DNA of 64,000 nucleotides, taken from contig JAKQCT010000066.1 in assembly GCA_029559035.1 (NCBI GenBank), positions 64,832 through 128,831 of the forward strand. Reading direction: 5' to 3'. This DNA comes from Acidobacteriota bacterium. Its GTDB lineage: Bacteria; Acidobacteriota; UBA4820. The first letter of the stretch is position 1. Every line of letters begins with the position of its first letter. The notes beneath the pieces were generated by a model, which ran no database searches, was not told the DNA's origin, and saw only the letters and a list, made by a program, of their open reading frames with translations. Position numbers and translations under genes: made by a program. This document shows, one piece after another, positions 9,886 to 17,963 of the stretch.

Positions 9886-10245
9886 ATGTATGTCACGCTG
9901 GAGATCGAGGAGAAGAAGTTCGTCAACCTGGTGAAGCTCCTGCACCTGGGCAACCACATAGTCAACGGCAACAGGGAGGGAACCCGGGAAGACCCGAAGA
10001 TCGAAAAATACGACGAGCTGGAGGAGCTCATTCTCAAGTTCGCCTTTGGCAACGGCCATCAGGATCTTGTGCGTTTCGACTGCGATTCCGGCAGGCATGT
10101 TCCGACCGAGGACATCGAGCTTGAAGAGGAAATGGTGCAATACATCAGGGAGTACGACGAGTGCGTCCTCTGGGACGAGCTGGGGAACCTCCTGGCGGAG
10201 AGGGACACGGTCGAGGAGATAGGCAACGAGGTGTCGTTCTTATGA
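9886..10245 (+). CDS. Acidic hypothetical protein
   Basis: GGAGG RBS before ATG 9886 (MYVTLEIEEKK…); stop overlaps the next start (ATGA). Confidence 0.4.
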   Translation: MYVTLEIEEKKFVNLVKLLHLGNHIVNGNREGTREDPKIEKYDELEELILKFAFGNGHQDLVRFDCDSGRHVPTEDIELEEEMVQYIREYDECVLWDELGNLLAERDTVEEIGNEVSFL

Positions 10246-10367
10246 CTCAGAAGGAAAAAGAGAAGATCAGGGAAGAGTACAAGGATAAATATTTCAGGGA
10301 GTTCGAAGTGAACGGAGTGAAGAACCTCCGGATCGTCGCTCCAGCGGACAGCCCCGATCCGGAATGA
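10242..10367 (+). CDS. Small (41 aa) hypothetical protein, translationally coupled
   Basis: ATGA overlap with the upstream gene; MTQKEKEKIREEYKDKYFREFEVNG…. Confidence 0.3.
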   Translation: MTQKEKEKIREEYKDKYFREFEVNGVKNLRIVAPADSPDPE

Positions 10368-10380
10368 AAAGGAGTGTCTC

Positions 10381-10710
10381 ATGAAGCTCGCGGGAATTGA
10401 ACACGGGATAACCGACTGGTCCAAGATTGATACGGCTGAGAGCAGGGGCGAGACAGGCTCCGCCCGCCAGCGGGTAAGGCAGTTCGGCGACATCCGGGCC
10501 AGGATCGTCGAGTATTCGCCGGGCTACAAGGCCGACCACTGGTGCTTCAAGGGGCACATCGTCCTCTGCCTCGAGGGCGAGTTCACGACCGAGCTGAAGG
10601 ACGGAAGGAAGTTCGAGCTCAAAGCCGGGATGGGCTACCAGGTCTCCGACGACGCCGAAGCCCACCGCACCTTCACCGAAAAAGGCGCGAAGCTCTACAT
10701 CGTGGACTGA
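10381..10710 (+). CDS. DHCW-motif cupin-fold protein
   Basis: …YKADHWCFKGHIVLCLEGEF…; typical ~110 aa cupin. Confidence 0.7.
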   Translation: MKLAGIEHGITDWSKIDTAESRGETGSARQRVRQFGDIRARIVEYSPGYKADHWCFKGHIVLCLEGEFTTELKDGRKFELKAGMGYQVSDDAEAHRTFTEKGAKLYIVD

Positions 10711-10761
10711 CCAATCAAGAGAAAAAATGCAGGTCCTTCATCGGAAAGGACAGGAGGGAAC

Positions 10762-11649
10762 ATGATAAGAGTCTCCACGATCATCCTCGCGGCGGGAGGT
10801 CTGCTGCTGTTCTGCGTGTCCGCGGCGGCAACAGGAAAGAATGCCGAGAATGAAAAGGCGGTCATCGAGAAAGTCGTCCGCGACAGCATAGGGTGGGCTC
10901 AAACCAAGGACCGTCCTCTCCTTGAAAGCCTCATGGTCCACGACGAGGGGCTTTTCATATTCAATCCCGATTCCGAGGTCACCTCAGGATGGGAAAGCTT
11001 CAAGAAAGGGTTCGATTTCTGGATGGACCCCAGGTTCAAGGCCACATCCATGGATATCAGGGACATGCGCATCAGCGTTTCGCCATCGGGAGAGACGGCC
11101 TGGTGGTCGTGCGTGCTGGACGACCTGTGCGAATGGGAAGGCAGGCCGGTCGGCTGGAAAAACACCCGCTGGACCGGGGTGCTTCAAAAGCGGGAGGGGA
11201 AATGGGTCATAGTCCAGATGCATTTTTCATTCGCTTCCGATAAGGTCCTCACGGAAGCCCGCGAAAAACTGCAGGCTGAGGGCGCAGAGGCTCTCAAGGC
11301 GGCCCAAGATTATGCCGAAGGGAGGGATGAAGGGAACGCGGCAAAGGTCGAACGGGTGCTTCACAAGGATTTTATCAGAAGAGTGCTCGTCTTGACTCCC
11401 GCAGGCGGAGAGACGATCGGGAGCCAGGACCGCGACCGGTTTCTCAAAGAAATTCGCGGAGGAAGCGGCAAAACGGTTCCCATGAAAGAGGGCGGGGTCA
11501 AGGCGACGGTGCGTGACATCGCCAAGACAACGGCCGTGATCCGCGTCGATTCCGCCGGTCATGTGGAATATCTGGACCTCATAAAGCTCAGGGAAGGATG
11601 GCGGGTAATAAGCGCCCTCGCGGAAGATCTCCCAGATCAAAAGAAGTGA
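10762..11649 (+). CDS. Secreted protein with tandem NTF2-like (SnoaL/DUF4440-like) domains
   Basis: Signal peptide MIRVSTIILAAGGLLLFCVSAAA; two ~130-aa halves with NTF2-like hydrophobic pattern. Confidence 0.55.
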   Translation: MIRVSTIILAAGGLLLFCVSAAATGKNAENEKAVIEKVVRDSIGWAQTKDRPLLESLMVHDEGLFIFNPDSEVTSGWESFKKGFDFWMDPRFKATSMDIRDMRISVSPSGETAWWSCVLDDLCEWEGRPVGWKNTRWTGVLQKREGKWVIVQMHFSFASDKVLTEAREKLQAEGAEALKAAQDYAEGRDEGNAAKVERVLHKDFIRRVLVLTPAGGETIGSQDRDRFLKEIRGGSGKTVPMKEGGVKATVRDIAKTTAVIRVDSAGHVEYLDLIKLREGWRVISALAEDLPDQKK

Positions 11650-11863
11650 AAAGAGAGTCTTTCGTCTTCAACAAACCGTCGGAATCCAAGAACTAGCCAT
11701 CATATATTTGCCAAAGAATTAGAAACCATGAGTCGCGCCCGGAGGCAGATTCACTCTGCGACAGGGCGCATTCTTCGCCGGGGAAGCGTTCAGCGCGGCG
11801 AGCTTGCGAGCGGAGCGCCCCCTTCTTCGGGAAGCGCTGGGTTAAAGGTCCCTTCGCGCGCCT

Positions 11864-11904
11864 TGACAAGTTAGGAATAGCTAACTAAAATAGGCGTTCC
11901 TAAC
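11864..11904 (+). promoter_or_regulatory. Promoter (-35 TTGACA) overlapping a DtxR/IdeR-box-like palindrome
   Basis: TTGACAaGTTAGGAATAGCTAACTAAaataggcGTTCCTAAC. Resembles the TTAGGTTAGCCTAACCTAA iron-box, with extended dyad GTTAGGAA…TTCCTAAC. Directly upstream of dtxR-feoABC. Confidence 0.6.
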
Positions 11905-11915
11905 TGGGAGGAGAA

Positions 11916-12386
11916 ATGCCCGGAAGATCAGAATATCTCGGAGAGAGCCTGGAGGATTACGCCGAAGCGATCCTCGAGCTCGAAGGCAAGGAAGGCTCGG
12001 CGAGGGTCACCGACATCTCGAAGAAGCTGGCGGTCTCGAAACCGTCGGTAACGGGAGCGCTCGCTCACCTGAAAGAGAAGGGCATCGTCGAATACGCCCC
12101 CTACTCTTATATCCGCCTCACCGACAAAGGGCGGGCGCTCGCCAAAAAAGTGCGCAGGAGGCACGAGGTCCTTTCTGGCTTCCTGACGGACATCCTCGGG
12201 ATAAGCCCAGAGAAGGCGAACGTCCAGGCGTGCAGGATGGAGCACATCCTCGAGCCGGAGACGATAGAGAAGATGTGCAAGCTCGCCTCCTTCATGAAGA
12301 GGTCCTACGCGAACCCCTCGGCAAAGATAGATTCCGAGCCGTCGTCAAAGCCCCCGAAAAGCGCGGGAAGGGGCGGCGGAAGATGA
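11916..12386 (+). CDS. dtxR: DtxR/IdeR/MntR-family metal-dependent transcriptional repressor
   Basis: N-terminal wHTH (…ARVTDISKKLAVSKPSVTGALAHLKEKG…), metal-site region, GGGAGG RBS. Confidence 0.85.
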   Translation: MPGRSEYLGESLEDYAEAILELEGKEGSARVTDISKKLAVSKPSVTGALAHLKEKGIVEYAPYSYIRLTDKGRALAKKVRRRHEVLSGFLTDILGISPEKANVQACRMEHILEPETIEKMCKLASFMKRSYANPSAKIDSEPSSKPPKSAGRGGGR

Positions 12387-12619
12387 GGGAACTCACGAAG
12401 CTCCTAAACAACGAAGAGGCGGCCGTAGTAGCGCTGAAAGGCGGGCGGTCCTTCACTTCGAGGATGGCCTCGATGGGCCTTACAGTGGGCGTCAGAGTGA
12501 AGATGCTCCAGAACTTCGGCAGGGGCTCGCTCATCATCCTCGTCAGGGACACGCGTATCGCTCTCGGGAGGGGGGAGGCTTCCAAGATATTGATAGGAGG
12601 TTCGACTGGCGACAAGTAG
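12383..12619 (+). CDS. feoA: FeoA ferrous-iron transport protein (SH3-like)
   Basis: ATGA overlap with dtxR. …LKGGRSFTSRMASMGLTVGVRVKMLQNFGRGSLIILVRDTRIALGRGEA… is a typical FeoA. Confidence 0.8.
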   Translation: MRELTKLLNNEEAAVVALKGGRSFTSRMASMGLTVGVRVKMLQNFGRGSLIILVRDTRIALGRGEASKILIGGSTGDK

Positions 12620-12650
12620 GATAAAAGCCGCCCTCATAGGCCAGCCGAAC

Positions 12651-14591
12651 GTGGGCAAATCGACTGTCTTCAACCAGTTGACCGGCCTCAGCCAGCATGT
12701 CGGTAACTGGCCGGGGAAGACCATCGCGCAGAAGACGGGCGAGGTGAGCTTCGAAGGCAGAGACTTTTTCCTCGTAGACCTGCCTGGGACTTACAGCCTC
12801 ACGGCGAACTCGGAAGAGGAGAGGATCGCCCGAGACTTCATCATCAAGGAAAAGCCCGACATCGTTTTCCTGCTCGTGAACGCGGCGGCGCTTGAAAGAA
12901 GCCTCTACCTGCTTTCCGAGATCCTTATCCTTGAAGTTCCTGTCGTCATCGGCCTCAATATGATGGATGTGGCCGAGCGGCGCAAGACGGTAATAGATGT
13001 GAAAAAGCTGGAAAAAGCGCTCGGAGTGCCGGTCGTCCCTCTTATCGCCACAAAGAACCTCGGCCCGGGTCAGCTCCTGAGGAGTGCGGTGGAACAATTA
13101 AGCGGAAATTTTCCCTTCTGTCCCGTTAAGCCCGTCATCAAGAAGAGCCACAGGGATGTCCTCGAAAAAGTAAGCGCGATCGCGAAGGGCAAAGTCCCCG
13201 AACCATATCATCCCGGCTGGGCGTCCGTGAAACTGCTCGAAGGCGACAAAGAAGTGCTGAAGCTCGCGGAGAAATGGCTCGGCGGCGACTGGAAGAAGGT
13301 CCACGACATCCTCGCGGAGCACGAGGACGCCTACCTCGACATCGTCGGCGAAAGATACGGCTGGATCTCAAAGGTGATCCGCGCGGCGGTCAAGAAGCCG
13401 AAGGCGCAGGAGATATCCAAGACCGACAGGATAGACAGGTGGGCCACCCACCCGATCGCGGGGGTTTTCATCCTTCTTCTCATGCTGATGACGGTCTTCT
13501 TTTTCACCTACACGATAGCATCTCCGATATCAGGCCTTCTCGAAACGGCGGTCGGAGGCCTGCAGGAGAAGACGGCCGGCGCTTTATCGTTTCTGCCGCC
13601 GTTCTTTTCGGGCCTACTCACCGAAGGGTTCCTCGGCGGAGCGGGAATGGTCCTCGTCTTTCTTCCCACGCTGATATTGTTCTTCGTGTTCCTGGGACTG
13701 ATGGAGGATGTCGGTTACCTCGCCCGCGTGGCCTATGTGATGGACGCCTTCATGCACAAGATAGGGCTCCACGGTAAGTCGTTCATTCCCTTCTTCCTCG
13801 GCTTCGGCTGCAACGTCCCCGCGATCCTTGGCAGCAGGATCGTGGACGAGAAACGCGGCAGGCTTATGACGATCCTTCTCGCCCCGTTCGTGCCGTGCAC
13901 CGCGAGGATAGCGGTGATCACCTTCCTAGCTCCCGCGTTCTTCGGAAAGAAGGCCGCGTTCGCGATGGCCGCGCTGATGATCCTGAACGTCGCCGTGCTT
14001 TTCATAGTGGGGCTTATTGTCAACAGGTTCTTATTCAAGGGGGAAAAGGGGGCCTTCATAATGGAGCTTCCCATCTACCACAAGCCCAACCTCAAGACCG
14101 TTTCGCTTTACGTGTTCAACAATGTGAAGGACTTCCTGCTTAAAGCGGCTACAATTATAGTCCTCGTTTCGGGGCTGATCTGGTTCCTCGCAGAGTACCC
14201 TTCCGGAAGCGTCGAAAACAGCTACCTCGCATCGTTCGGAAGGAGCCTCGAACCTCTGGGAGCCCTTATCGGCGTTTACGACTGGCGAATCATCGTCGCC
14301 CTCCTGACCAGCATCGTGGCGAAGGAGAACACGATAGCCGCTCTCGGCGTGCTTTACGGCAGTTCCCCGGAACATGGCCTCGCGGAAAGGGTCTCGTCCG
14401 TGATGACGATGCCCTCGGCCTTCGCTTTCCTCGTCGTCCAGATGCTCTTCATCCCATGCGTCGCCTCTCTCGCATCGATAAGGCAGGAGGCGGGATGGCG
14501 ATGGACATTCGTCTCGATCGGCCTTCTTCTTCTGGTGTCGCTCGCGTGCGGTATCGCCGCCTATCACATCCTGGGGCTTTTCGGTGCTTAG
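12651..14591 (+). CDS. feoB: FeoB ferrous-iron transporter (G-protein domain plus permease)
   Basis: G1 GQPNVGKSTVFN, G-domain, multiple TM segments. The annotated GTG start truncates the conserved IKAALIGQPN N-terminus (see findings). Confidence 0.9.
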   Translation: MGKSTVFNQLTGLSQHVGNWPGKTIAQKTGEVSFEGRDFFLVDLPGTYSLTANSEEERIARDFIIKEKPDIVFLLVNAAALERSLYLLSEILILEVPVVIGLNMMDVAERRKTVIDVKKLEKALGVPVVPLIATKNLGPGQLLRSAVEQLSGNFPFCPVKPVIKKSHRDVLEKVSAIAKGKVPEPYHPGWASVKLLEGDKEVLKLAEKWLGGDWKKVHDILAEHEDAYLDIVGERYGWISKVIRAAVKKPKAQEISKTDRIDRWATHPIAGVFILLLMLMTVFFFTYTIASPISGLLETAVGGLQEKTAGALSFLPPFFSGLLTEGFLGGAGMVLVFLPTLILFFVFLGLMEDVGYLARVAYVMDAFMHKIGLHGKSFIPFFLGFGCNVPAILGSRIVDEKRGRLMTILLAPFVPCTARIAVITFLAPAFFGKKAAFAMAALMILNVAVLFIVGLIVNRFLFKGEKGAFIMELPIYHKPNLKTVSLYVFNNVKDFLLKAATIIVLVSGLIWFLAEYPSGSVENSYLASFGRSLEPLGALIGVYDWRIIVALLTSIVAKENTIAALGVLYGSSPEHGLAERVSSVMTMPSAFAFLVVQMLFIPCVASLASIRQEAGWRWTFVSIGLLLLVSLACGIAAYHILGLFGA

Positions 14592-14814
14592 GAACCTGCT
14601 TGAGTTACTAAAGGAAAAAGAGGTCCACTCGCCCAAGGAGCTCGCGAGGAAGCTCGGGGAGAGCGAGGAGATGGTGGCCGTCCTCCTCGACGAACTGGCG
14701 AAGCGCGGCGTGATAACCAGCTCCGAGTTGTGCGCCCCGTCGGCATGCGAAGGCTGTCCCGTCAAGAACGGCTGCAAGAGCTCGAGCGGGAAGATCTACT
14801 TCCTGAAAAAGTGA
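14584..14814 (+). CDS. feoC: FeoC-like winged-helix / Cys-rich FeoB-associated protein
   Basis: Overlaps the feoB stop; …SPKELARKLGESEEMVAVLLDELAKRG… followed by CxxxxCEGC…C cluster. Confidence 0.55.
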   Translation: MLRNLLELLKEKEVHSPKELARKLGESEEMVAVLLDELAKRGVITSSELCAPSACEGCPVKNGCKSSSGKIYFLKK

Positions 14815-14894
14815 AGATCAAAAAACCACATTTGCCGCAGAGATCTCAGGGGACACAGAGAAAGACGATTACAATTCACCAGGATGAACAGGAT

Positions 14895-15124
14895 CGGCAG
14901 GATCTGAAGGCTGAAGGCTGAAGAGCTGAAGTTCAACAAGGAAATTGATTCCACAATTTTAAAATTTAATCTTTAAAATTTGAAATTTAAAATGCAGGCG
15001 TGTCCTGCGAACAGGCTGAAGACTGAAGAGCTGAAGGGTCGATAAGGAAATGGATTCCACAAATTTGAAATTTAATCTTTAAAATTTGATATTTTAAATT
15101 CAGGCGTGTCCAGCCGGGCTGACG
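14895..15124. repeat. Modular repeat block (family B: GCTGAAG(G/T)-rich units plus GATTCCAC..AATTT(A/G)AAATTT modules), two tandem ~110-bp units
   Basis: …gctgaagttcaacaaggaaattgattccacaattttaaaatttaatctttaaaatttgaaatttaaaatgcaggcgtgtcc… repeated at 15035. Related modules recur at 16521, 22495, 36305, 36985, 38495, 39285. Confidence 0.6.
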
Positions 15125-15255
15125 CTTCCCGAAGAGAGGGGCGATCCTCTCCTCTCTTAGGCGCTCCGCTCGCATACTCGCTGCGCTGAACACTCCCCCG
15201 GCAGAGAATGTGCCCTTTCGCAAAATGAATTTGTCTCAGGGCGCAACATTTTGTA
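15125..15255 (+). repeat. Structured ~150-bp repeat, family A, copy 1 of 3
   Basis: cttcccgaagagagg…cctctcttaggcgctccgctcgcatactcgctgcgctgaacactcccccggcag(a/g)gaatgtgccctttcgcaaaatgaatttgtctcagggc(a/g)caacatt. Near-identical copies at 36757 and 39097. Contains hairpins aagagagg/cctctctt and tgtgccct/agggcaca. Confidence 0.65.
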
Positions 15256-15372
15256 AGACGGGATGCTGAATCAAGTTCAGCATGACAACAAATCTGTCAT
15301 TCCGGGCTCGACCCGGAATCTCTATCGCATGGGCGAGCGGCGGTTCGCCCCCCAAACCCCCGATAATATGCT

Positions 15373-16068
15373 CTATTTTGATTGATGAACTTCGCTTTTC
15401 AGGAGAGTGAAAATGGGATCGTCCTCTTGAGGATCAAGAGCGGCGGTAACCTTCTTCTGCCATGAGGGGAGCATGGCACTGTAGGCATCCAGGATCGCCC
15501 CTTTCATTCCTTCTTCGATCATCGCGTTAAGAACGGTCAGCGCTTCCCTCTTTTCCTTTATCCGCTTAACTTCCGTTTTTCTTCGTGCGGAGACGATGAG
15601 CTTGTGAAGCCCGAAAGCCGCCGGGGCTGGGACCCTGACCTTCAATCCGTCCGAAACGACATCAATGCAGTTCTTTGCGAGATAGTCGAGAAAGCGAAGA
15701 GGCTGGGCGTTCATACCAAATGCCGGAAGCGGATACGGCTGGTTTGACCCCTTTCCTCTCTCAGGAACCAGAAATTCGACTATCAGGTCGGGATGTTCCA
15801 GCCTCAGGAATCCGTCCCTGTTGTGGATCACGATGAAGCCGTCTGCTTCCAGGAGGGCGGCCACATCTATTTTCATTTTTGTTTTCAGCGGCAGCGGAAC
15901 AAGGAGATCGATATCCCTTGTCCTTATGGTCGGATGGTAATTAATTTCGCTGAAAAGCTCTTTATAAAAATGCATGCACCAGCTTCCGATGATGATGGTT
16001 TCAACGAGCACGCCGGCTTTGGACAACTTGCCGAGAACTTCAAGAAGCAGTTCGTATTTCTTTTGCAT
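15373..16068 (-). CDS. Nucleotidyltransferase-fold protein (GS…DxD motif), AbiEii/MNT-like putative toxin
   Basis: …IIGSWCMHFY…IRTRDIDLLVP…; 231 aa. Overlaps its small upstream partner by 29 nt. Confidence 0.55.
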   Translation of the reverse strand: MQKKYELLLEVLGKLSKAGVLVETIIIGSWCMHFYKELFSEINYHPTIRTRDIDLLVPLPLKTKMKIDVAALLEADGFIVIHNRDGFLRLEHPDLIVEFLVPERGKGSNQPYPLPAFGMNAQPLRFLDYLAKNCIDVVSDGLKVRVPAPAAFGLHKLIVSARRKTEVKRIKEKREALTVLNAMIEEGMKGAILDAYSAMLPSWQKKVTAALDPQEDDPIFTLLKSEVHQSK

Positions 16069-16372
16069 GAAGGGCTTTCCTCAGGAAGGCAACCTGTTTT
16101 TTGCTTTGCGAAAGAAGTGCTTTGTATTTTCTTCTCAGTTTGATCGATTCCCCGATCTTCTTCGCTTCGCTTTTTGATAGCTTCCCGAGGTAGGAGAACC
16201 TGACCTTGCCGTTCTCCCTGAAAACAAGATAGTAATACTCTCCGCTCCCTATCTTCTTTTTCACGAGCGAGCCGGGAGGCATTTTATCAAGGGCTTTCCT
16301 GTAGGCCGCTTCCTGCCTGAGCGAGCTTTCAAGTTCTTCTTCCAGAACGCCTTTTATCACTTTCATCTTCAA
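16040..16372 (-). CDS. Small basic protein, putative cognate partner (antitoxin/regulator) of the downstream nucleotidyltransferase
   Basis: 110 aa, Lys-rich; operonic overlap. Operator-like inverted repeats lie just upstream. Confidence 0.45.
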   Translation of the reverse strand: MKMKVIKGVLEEELESSLRQEAAYRKALDKMPPGSLVKKKIGSGEYYYLVFRENGKVRFSYLGKLSKSEAKKIGESIKLRRKYKALLSQSKKQVAFLRKALHAKEIRTAS

Positions 16373-16394
16373 TTCCTCTTTACCATACTACACA

Positions 16395-16480
16395 GGATAA
16401 TGATATATATGTATGGTAACATTGTCAAGCGGCCGCATTACCATACAATTGAATGTTATGTGTGCATTGTATGGCAACAT
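16395..16480. promoter_or_regulatory. Operator-like inverted/direct repeats (GTATGGYAACATT) upstream of the nucleotidyltransferase operon
   Basis: taccatac…atGTATGGTAACATTGtcaagcggccgcATTACCATACaattgaatgttatgtgtgcATTGTATGGCAACATTc. Confidence 0.35.
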
Positions 16481-16520
16481 TCACCAGCAAAGCGTTGATT
16501 TAGGCTGATGGCTTACGCCA

Positions 16521-16644
16521 GAACTGAAGTTCAACAAGGAAATGGATTCCTCCATTTTTCACTTTTCAATCTTCACTTTTCATTTTTCAATGCAAGCGCA
16601 GCTTGCCGGGCTGAAGTTCAATAGGGAATGGTTGGTTTTCCGTA
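16521..16644. repeat. Family B modular repeat
   Basis: ctgaagttcaacaaggaaatggattcc…ttttcacttttcaat…gggctgaagttcaatagggaatgg. Confidence 0.5.
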
Positions 16645-16757
16645 GGGGCGATTCACGAATCGCCCGAATTGCCACCCGCCATACCCGCACAGTAAAGAAT
16701 CCTGTCATCACGAGAAAGGCCCGCAGCATTTCAAGCGAAGTGATCTACCTTATCCCG
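16645..16757 (+). repeat. Family C repeat, full copy 1
   Basis: 20-bp palindrome GGGGCGATTCACGAATCGCCC, then gaattgccacccgccatacccgcacagtaaagaatcctgtcatcacgagaaaggcccgcagcatttcaagcgaagtgatctaccttatccc. Second full copy at 22531. Confidence 0.65.
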
Positions 16758-16851
16758 CGAGATTCAAGACTAAAGCCCTGACACCCGAGGTTTGCCCGTC
16801 GGCGAATAATACAACTGCCCAAGCATGAACCCGATCCCCGATCCAAGGTTC

Positions 16852-16880
16852 TTGACCGGCAATAAATTGAATGGTATATA
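16852..16880 (+). promoter_or_regulatory. Sigma70-like promoter for hicBA copy 2
   Basis: TTGACC-N17-TATATA, then RBS GAGGTGA, ATG at 16902. Confidence 0.5.
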
Positions 16881-16901
16881 GTTACTTGAAGAGGTGAGAC
16901 C

Positions 16902-17105
16902 ATGATAATCAAAGTGATTTTAGAACCAAGCGAAGAAGGAGGCTTCACCGCAATTGCTCCCTCCCTTCCCGGATGCATAAGCGAAGGTGACACCAAGGAA
17001 GATGCCCTCAAGAATGTCCGCGAAGCCATTGAACTCTATTTGGAGCCGGTGGAGGACGACCAGACATTTTCCCCCAACTCGGAAATTGTAGATCTTGCAG
17101 TATGA
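16902..17105 (+). CDS. hicB: HicB-family antitoxin, copy 2
   Basis: MIIKVILEPSEEGGFTAIAPSLPGCISEGDTKEDALKNVREAIELYLE… fits the HicB/UPF0150 fold. ATGA overlap with hicA. Confidence 0.8.
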   Translation: MIIKVILEPSEEGGFTAIAPSLPGCISEGDTKEDALKNVREAIELYLEPVEDDQTFSPNSEIVDLAV

Positions 17106-17329
17106 CCATAACACCTAGTCTGGCCTATGACCAGATTATCAAATGTCTGCAAAGGGATGGATGGGTTGTGGTTCGCCAAAAAGGCAGTCACATAAGACTG
17201 CATAAACATACTGCTGACGAAACCATAAAACTTACGGTACCGGCCCATCGCCCGGTCAAGAGAAGCACTCTCTCACATATTTTGAAACAAGCAAGATTAA
17301 CAGTCGAAGAATTCCAGAAACTTCTGTAG
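17102..17329 (+). CDS. hicA: HicA-family toxin, copy 2
   Basis: …IIKCLQRDGWVVVRQKGSHIRLHK… has the HicA dsRBD-like signature. Confidence 0.8.
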   Translation: MTITPSLAYDQIIKCLQRDGWVVVRQKGSHIRLHKHTADETIKLTVPAHRPVKRSTLSHILKQARLTVEEFQKLL

Positions 17330-17640
17330 CTTTTACGGTCATCGCTGGATGACACTTTAGAGGCTATCTGACCCGCAGGGGCATACTGAGAAAAGCCAAC
17401 GGCGATAAGCCCTTGAAGGATCTCATTCCTCTCTAGCTTCAGCTCTTCAGCACTAACTTGATCGATAGGGTTTTGCGGGATCGTGCCTCCTGACGCCAGT
17501 CCTCTCCCTTTCGCAAAGGGGGCACGAGGGGGATTTTCCGCCGACGGTCATCACGAGGATTTCTTAGAAGCCAAGACAAGCGAGGTGATCTGCAATATCC
17601 GGGAAATGCAGTGTTTTACAGGGATGAACAGGATCGGCAG

Positions 17641-17875
17641 GATAAAGAATCCGGTCATCACGAGAAAGCCTCCGCAGCATTTCAAACGAAGTGATTTACC
17701 TTATCCTGAAAATGCATAATGCATGGCCTGACCCCTGGGGCACCTCTAATATTTCTTAATGGACTTTTAGTCTTCAGCACTAATGATAATGTCGTCATTA
17801 CGAGCGCAGCTTCGTAGTGCGGGCAAACGAAGTGATCTACCGTATCCTGAAAATGCATAATGCATGGCCTGACCC
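17641..17875 (+). repeat. Two degenerate tandem family-C copies with ATGCATTATGCAT palindrome extension
   Basis: …ggtcatcacgagaaagcctccgcagcatttcaaacgaagtgatttaccttatcctgaaaatgcataatgcatggcctgacc… and the related …gtcgtcattacgagcgcagc…cgaagtgatctaccgtatcctgaaaatgcataatgcatggcctgacc. Confidence 0.55.
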
Positions 17876-17963
17876 TGCGCGCTTTCACTCTCAATAAAGA
17901 AAAAGGGTGCGGTATTCCGTGCCCCTTTGTAATGGTAATGGTAATAAGATGTTCCTCCATATC

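Noticed and set aside
14895-15124. GCTGAAG(G/T) tandem tracts considered as a microsatellite or as coding for Leu-Lys-Ala repeats
   Set aside because: The units are interspersed with AT-rich modules and recur in intergenic positions in both orientations. They were classed as non-coding modular repeats.
14987-15223. ORFs MRKGTFSAGGVFSAASMRAERLREERIAPLFGKR… (also 38839-39195, 36790-37011, 39129-39332) spanning family A/B repeats
   Set aside because: Identical peptides arise from identical repeat copies. There is no RBS, and they overlap hairpin-rich non-coding repeats. They were treated as artefacts.
16645-16757. Family C element as a tRNA, tmRNA or retron msr/msd
   Set aside because: No cloverleaf, acceptor stem or CCA context can be drawn by eye, and no reverse transcriptase is nearby. 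It was left as a repeat or possible ncRNA of unknown type.
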